Shown here piece by piece: positions 1 to 11,594 of a DNA stretch of 64,000 nt. This DNA comes from Neophaeotheca triangularis (Eukaryota): the NCBI GenBank assembly GCA_054600435.1, contig BAAIJX010000052.1:1-64000 (forward strand). Direction: 5' to 3'. The stretch's first letter is position 1. Every line of letters starts with the position of its first letter. Both the position numbers and the translations under genes were made by a program. Under the pieces are notes generated by a model, which was given only the letters and a program-made list of their open reading frames with translations, had not been told where the DNA came from and did not search any database.

Positions 1-16
1 CACTTATTTGTTAACA

Positions 17-76
17 CCCCCCCCCCCCTCCGCGTTTTCATGTTCTTTTTTCCCCCCCCCCCCCCCCCCCCCCCCC
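17..76. repeat. Poly-C homopolymer tracts (C12 at 17-28, C25 at 52-76)
   Basis: Read directly from the sequence. T-rich tracts also occur at ~268-277 and ~421-460. Confidence 0.95.
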
Positions 77-874
77 TAGCCGCCCCAAAGCCAAGCCGAC
101 CACAGCCCCATCTCACACTTCCCGCAAACGATAAACGAACCCTGACTCCCGACCTCCGCCGCCATCTGACGAGCCCGCAACGCAATAATTGCGCCTCTCG
201 AAGTTGGAAGCTCGACGCTAGCTTTTACCCCTCGAGCGCGCGCGGGGCTTTCGAGACGGAGCTTTCGTTTTTTTTTATCGCGCTGAATGGCCTGCCACGC
301 CCCGGCAGTGTCGGTGATTTGTGGTAGGTGTCGTGACGGAGTCGGAGCTGGCTTTTTAGTTCGACGGAAGCGCTGCGGTTACGCTTTGAGCTTTCTCGAG
401 AACTGACGTGCCTAGGGGGCTTTTTTTTCTTTTTTTCTTCTTTTTTTTTCTTTTCTTTTTAAATCTCGCGCGGTGTTCTCGGTGGAATGTAGATACCGGC
501 CGTGCGAGGGGTAGTTGGGTGAGTTTTGACGATTGGTTGCGTGTGAGCTGTGGCGGTCGGACGTGTAGTGGCGCTGGCTTTCTTGTCATGACGACTTGGT
601 GTTATGATGGTGATGGAGTTGGGGGAGTTTGTGACTTGGTCGGGCTTTTGTTAGAGGGGGCGGACTAACATGGAAGACGACAAGGGGGGTTTCTCGCAGA
701 AATAGGGGAATTGCGTGCGGGCTCGTGACGTTGGACGAGCTGCAAGTTGTAGGCTGACTTTACTGGAGCCATGTCAGAAAAAGGCACAACGATCGATAGC
801 AACTTTGCTGAAGATTACTGCCGCACTTACCACTGAATTATCTATCCCCTACTCCTCCTCTTCGCAAACATCAC

Positions 875-2689
875 TCACCAACCCTCGGTACTCCTCCCGG
901 CCTCAACCTCCTGCCGCCAAATCAACCGATCCGTCCCCTTCTGCACCCCAGGCCCACTGTACTCACTCCCATACAGCCCCTGGGCCCAATCCTTGCCCTC
1001 GCCCTCGCGACTCTCCTTGGTAGCCCTCCTCCTATACCACCGTCCATACGCCAGCAGGTAATACAAGCGAAACGCCAACAGCGCAAACCTATCCCTCTCC
1101 AAATCATCCGGGTAATCGGCGCCCAAATCCACCGCGGCAGCCGTGCCGGAAATACACGCGACCTCGTGAGCATTCACCATGGTCCACGCGGCGGCGTATC
1201 GGGTGTGGCGTTTGCCGTTGAGCAGCCACAGCCAAGGGACGACGAAGAGGTAGTGGGTGAAGGAGTGGCAGAGCTGGTGCCACCAATCCTGACGGATGAT
1301 CTTGGCCGGGTCGATTTCGTCGATGCTCCAGAGGTGCGAGTCGCGTTCCTTGTTGAGGAAGATTGTCTGGAAGACGTGGTTTTCAAACGGCACCGTCGGT
1401 GGAAATTGCGCTTGGTAGTTTGTGCAGTCGAAGCACATTTCCAGCTTGGTCAGGTCTTGCGGGTACATTTTGATCAGGTACATGGGCTTGAAGTTGTCGC
1501 GGGCCCAGTCGCAGCGCGCCACTTGGCTTGTCTTGTTTAGTTCTTTGACCGCCAGGGATTCGTTGTAGAAGTTTTCGTAGTGTTTTTTCATGTATTCGTG
1601 GTCCGTGTGGGTGACGGTGATGTCGTTGGCGTATTTGGCCGAGCCGAGGACTTTGGCTTCGATGCGCGTGATGGTCGGTTCGAGGAGGCGTTTGGCCGTG
1701 TCGGTGAGGACGGCGAGGACGATTTCGTCGTATTCTTCCGTTTGCTCCTTGGCGTCGGCGTCGCGCGCGAAGCCCTCGACGTTGTCGGGGACCCAGGCCG
1801 AATCTTGGTTGTGCCCGTCGGGTTCGGGCGTGCGTTTGATCGTCTTGACCACTACGCCGTTCTTGTCTCGCTTCACCACTCGCGTTACTTCGGTGCTCAG
1901 CCGGACGTTGACGCCCTTGCCGACAAGCCTCTTCCGCCACGTCTCGTAGAACTCGCTGAAGTTGGGAAACACGACCATGGGCGGGATCGTGCTCGTCACG
2001 GTCGTGTCGTCCGGCGGGTACCACATGCCATACGTGGGACTCGTGCAGAGCCTCTCAAGCACCATCGACGGCACCTCTGGGGCATAATTGCCCGTCCCCA
2101 GAAACAACGCAACCATGGGCAACGCCACCACGTTCGCAAACTCCTCGCTAAAGCGGAACAACTTGACCAAATACTTGATGGGCACGAGAGCGAACAAGAC
2201 CTCAAACGTCCTGAGAAGCTTCATCATCCACGCAAACCGCTTGACCTCTTTGGCATGCTTCTTCAGCATTTGCGTGGGAAAGACATTACTCCAGAACTGC
2301 TCGCCCTTGCCGAAAGAAACCTGCAACTTGACCGGATCCGCCCAGTACCCGTTGCGCGCAAACATGGTCATGGTGTGGTGGAAAATGTACGCGCCGCCCT
2401 GCACGCCCTGGTTCAGCCAGGAAGCACCCGTCTTGTCCTTGTCGAGCGGGATGCTGTAGGCCTGGCCGCCGCAATAGTCGACGGCGTCGACGAGCGTGAC
2501 GTCGAATTTCTCCGCGTGGTTGGAGAGGTGTTCGGCGCAAGTCATGCCCGCCGCGCCGGCGCCGACGACGAGGACGCGTTTCGGGCGCGGGGTTTTGTTG
2601 CCTTTTTGGTTCTCCATGGTGTTGGAGGCGTTGTAGCGGGTTTGCGACGAGTTGGAGGTCAGGAGTGGCGTGTTGCCTTTGGTAGACAT
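875..2689 (-). CDS. FAD/NAD(P)-binding oxidoreductase (flavin amine oxidase-like), 604 aa, intronless
   Basis: Long ATG-initiated ORF with an N-terminal Rossmann motif VLVVGAGAAG...VTLVDA...CGGQA and strong codon bias. Substrate unknown. Confidence 0.85.
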   Translation of the reverse strand: MSTKGNTPLLTSNSSQTRYNASNTMENQKGNKTPRPKRVLVVGAGAAGMTCAEHLSNHAEKFDVTLVDAVDYCGGQAYSIPLDKDKTGASWLNQGVQGGAYIFHHTMTMFARNGYWADPVKLQVSFGKGEQFWSNVFPTQMLKKHAKEVKRFAWMMKLLRTFEVLFALVPIKYLVKLFRFSEEFANVVALPMVALFLGTGNYAPEVPSMVLERLCTSPTYGMWYPPDDTTVTSTIPPMVVFPNFSEFYETWRKRLVGKGVNVRLSTEVTRVVKRDKNGVVVKTIKRTPEPDGHNQDSAWVPDNVEGFARDADAKEQTEEYDEIVLAVLTDTAKRLLEPTITRIEAKVLGSAKYANDITVTHTDHEYMKKHYENFYNESLAVKELNKTSQVARCDWARDNFKPMYLIKMYPQDLTKLEMCFDCTNYQAQFPPTVPFENHVFQTIFLNKERDSHLWSIDEIDPAKIIRQDWWHQLCHSFTHYLFVVPWLWLLNGKRHTRYAAAWTMVNAHEVACISGTAAAVDLGADYPDDLERDRFALLAFRLYYLLAYGRWYRRRATKESREGEGKDWAQGLYGSEYSGPGVQKGTDRLIWRQEVEAGRSTEGW

Positions 2690-3028
2690 GGCGGGTTAGT
2701 TGGTCAGAGGAGGGAAGGGAAGAGGCGGAACGAAGAGGCGTACCTTTGGAGGTGTCGAGTATCTATTACAGGACTTTGCACACAGACTGAGGTCGAGTGC
2801 CTTCCTTCCCAAGAATGCATCATCATCGTCTGATAGATACCTTATCGACATGGAATTGTCGGGTGGGTTTGCATTCCACCGTCATTGAACATCTCAAACA
2901 AGCCTAGCTCCCGCAGCGGCCCGCCCAGATCTGGCAGTCATCCATCCATCTCATCTCAGATTTGCATGCATCGATCGCATGGCGCTAGGAGAGATTTACC
3001 ACATCGACATCGGTCAGAACCGGGTAAA

Positions 3029-3049
3029 CCCCCCCCCCCCCCCCCCCCC
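3029..3049. repeat. C21 homopolymer
   Basis: Read directly; lies between the DUF3237 stop and the oxidoreductase promoter. Confidence 0.95.
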
Positions 3050-3096
3050 ATGCAACAAATTAGCAATATCCATGCGCATCTACCGACCTTACCTAC

Positions 3097-3792
3097 TCAC
3101 AAAAGCTCATAAGCATCATAAACAACCCTACTCCCCGTCCTCCCCGCACTCGCAACAAAAACCCCCGAATTCACCCAACTATACCGCTCATCCCCCGTCT
3201 CCATGGTCAAATGCAACCGCATCTTAAAACTGGCGGGAGAAACAGTCTCGTCATCCCCCAACTTCTCCAAAACCGCCAGATCCCCCGTGCGAGTGCCCGT
3301 AGTCTGCAAGTAAATGCAAACACCATCGTGCGTCAGCAAGTTGTAGCGAGTATCCAGGTGTGCGGTCTGCTGGTCGCCGACGGTGCGGACGATTTCCCAG
3401 TCTATGGGGTTGTGCGTTAGCCTCCATTAACTTCATCTTCCTTCCTTCCTCCCTTCCTTCAATTTCCTTTCTCGCGTGACGGAGACGTGAGGAAAGAGGC
3501 CTCGGCAACGTTTTTGTTAGCTGGCTTATTACTTACCTCCCCCTCCCGGCAATATCTCGCCTCGCAATCTCGGTCCCTCGAATCTGCCGCCTTTGAAAAT
3601 GACGGTGCTGCGGTCGCCGTGGGGGCCGCGTCCTATGTGTCGGAAAGTCTCCATTTCGCATTCGAGGTGGAAGAGGAAGCGGAGAGAGGGCGTGGGGAGT
3701 GTGTAGTCTGGGCGTTGCCAGGGCGTGTTGGGGAGGTCTGAGAGCGCAGGGGCTGGGGTGATAGTGCCTTGGGTGGTGGGTTGGGGGGCCAT
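3097..3792 (-). CDS. DUF3237/UPF0311 family protein, 2 exons (3792-3537, 3401-3097)
   Basis: Motifs IGxGPHGDR..IFKGGRFEGPRLRGEILPGGG|DW...HLDTRYNLLTHDG..IY and ETGDERYSWVN..VFV. GTAAGT donor, CTAAC branch and TAG acceptor keep the frame. Confidence 0.88.
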
Positions 3793-5211
3793 GTTTGGGG
3801 ATGGTGGGTGGGTGTTTGTTGGTGGGCGTGGGGGATTGTGGGATGGATGCTTCGAGGGGCCTTTGTGGTGGTTTTGGATGGGTTTGGGTGTTTTGAGTTC
3901 GCTGTAGGAGGAATTGAACATGACGTACGCCTGGCGGGCCGTGTCCGACCCTGGGGCGCCCTCGTTCCGATCAAACCTTCTTCTAGTCTGGACTCGTTGG
4001 TGGGGTGGATTACTGTGTAGAATGCGTGGCTTTGATTGATTCATATCGAAGCAGGAATATCTAGATATCCAACCAACGTGACTCGCTCCTGTACAGCAAC
4101 GTCGCGAGCAACTCAACCGATCGTTGCAAGTACTGCTGAGTCCTAGCTATCGATGTCTGATGCTGTGACGTAGAGTCAATTTCATGCCCGTCTATCGAGG
4201 ACACATCAGTATTACAGCATGTAGCGTACTTGCAAACTATGTCGGCGCTCAAACCTGCGCCACTTTATCACGGGCGTTTCTACGAACATCACTGCCTCCA
4301 GACATTAGGGTAGTGAACAACACTCAGCAGTTTCCTCCAGTCAAGCATGCGATCTGCCTTCCTGTCAACCTCTCAACTTACGCGGGTGACAATCGTACGA
4401 AGGCGTAGATCGGATCCAATCAAACTCGGGATGGTAAGGAACCAAAGCATGGCCAGCTTGCGCCAATATGTCTTTCAGCCGTACATCATGCTGCTTGGCA
4501 CTTTCCAGCGGCAGCACGCCCAGATAGATACGTTGACAAACAAGGAGCCCGAGAAAGTTGCTGGCGTCTGGTTGTCGGGACGCCAATAGCGTTCCATTTT
4601 CACCGACTTTTTGTTGCAGAATCACCACAACCGCGTATTGGGCCAGGAGCCATCGAGGTAGCGGAGGGGATGAAAGTAATTTGGCCGTTCACGACCTAGG
4701 CGCAGGTCTGGAGGTGATAGTAGGTTCGGGGAGGGGGGGAGTAGCCAGGTGCGGTGGGATGTATCCCCTCTCCAATGGCCGCACAGATACGTTGGCACAT
4801 GCTCGCCTTCGCAACAAAATCGCTCCTGTCAGTAGACCAAGGCAGAATTGAAAGGCGTCGGTGGTTTTCATTAAATGTCGGCTAACTTTGTTGACACTTT
4901 GGGCGATGAGCAGGGTGCAGTTGTCGAGGCGGTCATGCTGGACGTCAGAAAGCGTCTAGTCTGCTGGGGCGCCCAGAGTGGTGTAGTAGGTCCATTCGGC
5001 GATGGCGCATTATTGGGTTCTACCTTGTGTTGAGAGGTGGGAGGGGATCAAAGATGACCAGGCCGAGGGGTTGATGGGCGAAGAGTTTCATAGGTCACTC
5101 GAGATGGGCGAGATGAAGATCATGATGGTGTGGCGATATAGGAGTGTTGGAAGAGCGGGTTATCTACTCGGGATGGTGTAAGTTAGTGAAGATCTTCCAC
5201 CTACGGCTGCT

Positions 5212-5260
5212 TGATGGACTGGATGAATGGATGGATGGATGGATGGGTGGATGAATGGAT
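5212..5260. repeat. Imperfect (GGAT)n microsatellite
   Basis: ggatgaatggatggatggatggatgggtggatgaatggat read directly. Confidence 0.9.
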
Positions 5261-5367
5261 GCCTAGAACGTCGGTGAGGATTGCCCTTGTCTTGGGGCTT
5301 GGGAGCCGATGCCGCTTCTCTCCGTCCCGTCACATGCCGACCAAGAGACATGAGAGACCCGAGAGCG

Positions 5368-5510
5368 CCGACACCGGCTGCACGCACTTCCCCAGATCTT
5401 ACATGTGCACATGCCGTCGGTGGTGCATCCGCCGTGCATGGGCCGCGAATTTGGGGCAAGACCCGGTGTCGGAGATAAAGAAGATAGCCAAGTGGTGGGC
5501 GGGCCAATCA
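5368..5510 (+). promoter_or_regulatory. Putative gdhA upstream module: two CCG-N4-CGG sites, two GATA sites and a CCAAT box
   Basis: CCGACACCGG (5368-5377) and its exact reverse complement CCGGTGTCGG (5463-5472), then GATAAAG (5474), GATAG (5483) and CCAATCA (5504). These match the known Leu3/LeuB, AreA-type GATA and Hap/AnCF inputs to fungal NADP-GDH genes. Confidence 0.6.
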
Positions 5511-6016
5511 AAAGAGGTGCCGATTTGATACAGCTATGACAAGCTCCAAAAGTGTCGAGGGCGTGGAAAATCATGGCTCTGGGCTGTTGAAGCAATGAGG
5601 TTGCGTTTTGTTACGGCATCGCCTGCCTCGCCGACGGCCGCAATACAACCTGGACCAGGCTCAAGTTCGGTGACAGGCCTCAAGACGTGGTGGGTTGGGT
5701 GGATTCTGGCATTGATAGGCGTTGCCGTTGAGGCCCCGTTGTTGAGAGTAGTCAATAAGAATAATAATATTAATGACAATAGTGAATGCTGCCCGTCAGG
5801 ACATGGTAGATCATTGCTTTGTTATTTACTTCTTTCCAACCTCCCACCACTTCTCTTCCCTTCTCCCATTTATCAACTCATTCCAAACCACTCCCTCCCT
5901 CCTTTCCTGATCTCTTCTTCCTGCTCACTCACACCCACTATCTGACACCCAACTTCCCATCACCAAGCCTTCACTCAAACCACGAACCGGATCCCTCCAT
6001 ACCACCAACCGCAACC

Positions 6017-7665
<1,649 letters not shown>

Positions 7666-8389
7666 AGGAGGAGCGTGAGTGTGGTGGGAAATGTTTGAGA
7701 GTTTTGCGACTTCATGATGGCTAGTGGTTTTGACGGCATTGCGTGAGAGTTTGAGGCGTTTTTCTTGTTCTTTTCATGGCGTGGAGGCTTTGACCCAGAT
7801 AGGCGGATTGTCCTGCTGGGTGGGGCTTTCCCTGGTGCGCTTTCATCGGCTTGAGATGGGATGGGATGAGATGATTGCACGACGACAGTTGCAACTACGA
7901 ACGAATGAGTGGTTGTTACTTTTTACTAGATCCACGACTATGTTATTTCGATGTCATGATTCAGCTCTGGGTGTTGTCCTCACCTCGCCTTCTGCTCCTA
8001 CCTTCTAGCTATGGGCAGTTGATATGGCTGGGATGCGGTCCCTACTCACTCATCTCTTGTCGCGGAAGATTCGTGCCATTCTGTGGCCTTGACAGACCAA
8101 CTATTGAGATCACTGGAGCTAAGTTAGCCGGTAAGAAGATACAATCGATTAGTACACCTCATTAATGTGAGCAATTAGCAATGCAAAGAACTCCAGTGTA
8201 AACCAGACGGCGAAACAACTCCAGAAGACGACCACAAGAGGGAGTAGCGTAGCACGAGCACCAAAGCTTCACAAAAAGCGCTCTCGGCAGACGATCCCAA
8301 GATCTCCGGTCAAGTCTACGATCCTACTCTCCAAAAAAACACCACGCCCCTGCCTGACTGCACCACGTACCGTACAGTGTTTGCCATCA

Positions 8390-9320
8390 TCCGCGCAAGA
8401 CTCCCAGCTCCGGACTCGAGCCTCTCACTCCGGCTCCCAAAGCTACCTCCGCCGGCCGCTCCGGATCCACGAACGCGCCCATCTCTCGCTCGCGCGCCCG
8501 AGTGTCCTGCTCCCGTCGCAGCTGCCAGGCAAGCCGTAATGCACTCGATCCCCAGCCCAGGTCCGGTGTTTTGCGAAAACGGCAGCACGGGGAGTAGATA
8601 CACTTCCCAAGGTCCGGGCTGGGGGGGAAGCGTGCATTAATCTCCAAGCTTAGAGTCGGAAGGGGTGTCGTTTTGCACGTTCAAAACCCGCCGGGTGTCT
8701 GCCGTTCCAAAGTCCGGGGAAGGCGATGTCGACGTAGAGGTGGAGCTGGTACTCACCCACCCACTCACTCACTCACTCACTCGCCTTTTGTCATAGTCGC
8801 TGGATTCCTCGTGTGGCACCAGGGAGACGGTAGGAGAGAGGCGGGCGTTACTTTCGGGGGGGATGAATGGACTGGACTAACCCTGACCACCACGTCCGCG
8901 ATTCTTTTCCTCTTTCCATCCGCTGCATCGAAGTGAAGTGACTTAAGCGCCGTCTTGGAAAAGACCTCCAACCAACCCGAGCTAGAAGTCTCGAGCACGT
9001 TTTTGCGTCCGATGCCGTGCGAGAGTTTGAGCATTTTTGCGGCAGGGGACGGACGCACTTATATATAACGACGCATGGTCGGAAGGACTTTGGAGCGATT
9101 TTTCTCTCTCACGACAATCTTTTTTTTTAAAAAAATAAACAAGCTCGCTCGCTGGGCGATGGGAGTGAGTGCACAGTCGCAGGCCCTGGCGGTGCGCTCA
9201 TCGCCTTCGCTGGCAATCGTCGACTACGTCCGAGAGATTGCACAACCACGGGAGCGGCTTACACCATGCACCTGGAACGTGAAGGGGGGAGGAAATAGTG
9301 TCTTTACATGGAAGAAATAG
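8390..9320. ncRNA. Candidate long structured non-coding RNA (identity unknown; telomerase RNA is one hypothesis)
   Basis: No credible ORF. Many nested inverted complements, a CTAACCCT at 8877-8884 and a possible H-type pseudoknot at 8995-9057. See findings. Confidence 0.3.
8762..8782. repeat. (ACTC)n microsatellite
   Basis: cactcactcactcactcactc read directly. Confidence 0.9.
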
Positions 9321-9473
9321 GCTACATGTCCATCCACGTCCATCTCTCTTGCCTCCCATTCGGACGTCATAGCAGCAAAAACCTTGCAAGAGCCAGTCTA
9401 TCTCCCAGATCCACAAGAGGCGCAGAAAAGCTAGATATAGGAAAGAAATAAAGAAGAAAAAAAATGTCCGCGA

Positions 9474-11594
9474 TTAGATTAGTTTGCCAATCCTGACCGG
9501 ATCGACGGCGACATCCGTGTACTCGTTGTTCTCCTTATCGGCGACCTCGTCCTTGCACAAGCCACCGGGCTTGCCGTCGGTGATCTCGGGCAGTTCCAAA
9601 AAGTCGGAATATTCGGGGAGTTCGTTCTCGCTCTCCGGGACGCTGGCCGTGGAGCACACGACGGACATTTTGAAGTCGGGGACTTGGGCCGCGTCGATGC
9701 CGCCCATGGGGCCGGCGATGCGCCATTTGAGCGTCTTTTCGAGGAACGGGGTGGCGAGGGCTTGGCTGAGGGTGCCGAGGAGGCCGTCTTCGACTCTTTG
9801 GGTGAGAGAGCGAGTGAGAGGGACCGAGCCCGCGACAACGACATTCATGTGCTGCATGTTGGGCTGGGCGAGGACGCCGTAGCTGCCGGCGACATTGGGG
9901 TCGGTGGCCCAGGCCGTGGGGTCCTCGGTCTCGGGTTCGCCGAGGAAGATGAAAACGTTGTAGCTGCCGTTGAGAGCGTAGCGAGGGGTCTTGAGGTTGG
10001 CGACGTATTGGAAGAGCGAGCCGTTGCCGGCCATGATGGGAGAGATAAGGTCGCTTTCCACAATGTCCTTTTCGGCTTCCTCGGCGATGGAGGTGGTGGC
10101 GTTTGTCAAGCCGGTGGTGGCGTTGTAGGTTCCGTTGAGGAATTCCGATGTCACATTCTTGGCCTGCTCGACGAGGTCGGATGCCGCGTCCTCTGTCTTG
10201 TTGAGGACGTCGACAGGCTCGGGGATCGCAGTGCGCTTGACAGCCCCCGCGGTGAGGGTAGCCGAGGGGCCATAGAGACGGTTGACGTAACCGCGAATGG
10301 CGCTGGCGGAACCGTCGCTGTTGGAGAATTCAGGGTAAGTGTAGCGGAAAGTCCTGGTGTCGCGTACGCCGTTGGAGGTCCAGAAGTTGCCGTTGGTGTC
10401 GCGGTGGAAAGGCGGCAAGGGAGAGTTCAGGTCTTGCCTGGAGCCTTGGGCGATGGTCCATGTGCTGGCGCCAGCAACTTGAGATCCGGAGTAAGCGTTG
10501 GGGTGGATCGCCTGCCAGAGGGCGAAAAGCCGATCCACGTTGGCGTGGTGCAGCCAGAACATTGGGTCAAAGGCGGCGGTTGCAAGGTAAGTCATGTGGC
10601 CTGCCGAAACACCCTGGCTGCCAGGACCACCGCCGTTGACGTGGATGGTGTTGTGGATACCCTCGAGGGAGTTGGAGCATCTGGTAGAGCTGGAGTCGGC
10701 GCGGTCGTTGCTGAAGTGAGGGTAGTCGTCGCAGGTGGTCATGAGCTGGTAGACCTGGTCCTGGAGCGAGGCACGAATGGAATCGAAGGCGGCGATGGAA
10801 GCCTGCTGTTGACTACTGGCGCTGTTGGCGTTGCTGTCGGGGTAGCGGAGGGTCACCTTCCAGTTGACGAAGGGGCTGTAGACAAGCTGGCTGGGGTCAC
10901 GGAAGTCGTGGCGGAAGAGGGGGTTGATGATTGTCAGCTTGCCGTTGGGGCCATCGATGGTGACGAACTTTTGGCTGACGACAGTTGGGAGAGTGTTGTA
11001 GCCGGGTCTTGGGCGTGCGGCCCAGTCCCAGTAGGGCCAGCGCATGGTGGAAGCTGCGCCGGTCATCCATGGGACACGCCAGGCTGGGAACTCCCGAGCG
11101 ACCTGGTTGACAACGGTCATGAATTGTTGCTCGAAGAGAGCGAGGTAAGCTCTGTGCCAGGCTGGGAACAGGATAGAGTCGTGTGTGCAGTAACCGTCGG
11201 CACTTTGACAGTTGCTGCATCGTCCTACGCCATCCCAGTTGACACGGGGCACTCCGTGAATACCTGCAATCTGATAGTAACCAGCCCTGTCCGATTGGGA
11301 CATTTGTTGGAATCTTTGCAAGCCCATGATCAATAACGTCCATTGGTTGGGCTTGTCGAAGAGCATTTGTCTAACTTCGAGACGAGGGTGGGTGGCTCCA
11401 GGCACACCCGTAATGGCGAGGAAACCGCCCGACTGGCGTTCTTCCAGCGAGCGATCCTCCAAGAGAAGTGTATCATTATCGGATGAGGAGGTGAGGTCTA
11501 GGGTTGCATCGACGACGGGGTGAGAGAGAGCAACTTGACCGAAGAGAGAGGCGCAAAGGGGTATTAACGATAGTTTGGTGAGAGAGAACATCAT
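9474..11594 (-). CDS. Secreted tyrosinase/polyphenol oxidase with C-terminal domain, 706 aa, intronless
   Basis: Signal peptide; CuA motifs IAGIHG...GYCTH...FPAWHR; CuB motifs SLEGIHNTIH...FDPMFWLHHANVDRL; YTYPE motif; C-terminal shielding domain (ALNGSYNVFIFLG). Confidence 0.95.
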   Translation of the reverse strand: MMFSLTKLSLIPLCASLFGQVALSHPVVDATLDLTSSSDNDTLLLEDRSLEERQSGGFLAITGVPGATHPRLEVRQMLFDKPNQWTLLIMGLQRFQQMSQSDRAGYYQIAGIHGVPRVNWDGVGRCSNCQSADGYCTHDSILFPAWHRAYLALFEQQFMTVVNQVAREFPAWRVPWMTGAASTMRWPYWDWAARPRPGYNTLPTVVSQKFVTIDGPNGKLTIINPLFRHDFRDPSQLVYSPFVNWKVTLRYPDSNANSASSQQQASIAAFDSIRASLQDQVYQLMTTCDDYPHFSNDRADSSSTRCSNSLEGIHNTIHVNGGGPGSQGVSAGHMTYLATAAFDPMFWLHHANVDRLFALWQAIHPNAYSGSQVAGASTWTIAQGSRQDLNSPLPPFHRDTNGNFWTSNGVRDTRTFRYTYPEFSNSDGSASAIRGYVNRLYGPSATLTAGAVKRTAIPEPVDVLNKTEDAASDLVEQAKNVTSEFLNGTYNATTGLTNATTSIAEEAEKDIVESDLISPIMAGNGSLFQYVANLKTPRYALNGSYNVFIFLGEPETEDPTAWATDPNVAGSYGVLAQPNMQHMNVVVAGSVPLTRSLTQRVEDGLLGTLSQALATPFLEKTLKWRIAGPMGGIDAAQVPDFKMSVVCSTASVPESENELPEYSDFLELPEITDGKPGGLCKDEVADKENNEYTDVAVDPVRIGKLI

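Noticed and set aside
356..668. Lys-rich / Phe-rich short ORFs at the window start
   Set aside because: Translations of a poly-T/A tract; probably regulatory or intronic DNA of a gene outside the window.
1580..2833. 417-aa ORF on the + strand
   Set aside because: Antisense to the FAD oxidoreductase; typical of GC3-rich genes.
4365..5150. Coding-like fragments on the - strand between DUF3237 and gdhA
   Set aside because: Multiple stops in all frames, no recognisable motif and no consistent splice model.
8531..8595. SRP-RNA-like words (GCCGTAATG; CCCAGGTCCG...GGCAGCACGGGG)
   Set aside because: The Alu-like and helix-8-like words are only ~25 nt apart, there is no GNRA-capped helix 8 or helix 6, and no Pol III terminator at the expected distance.
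9684..11336. 550-aa ORF on the + strand
   Set aside because: Antisense shadow of the codon-biased tyrosinase; no ATG start and no motifs.
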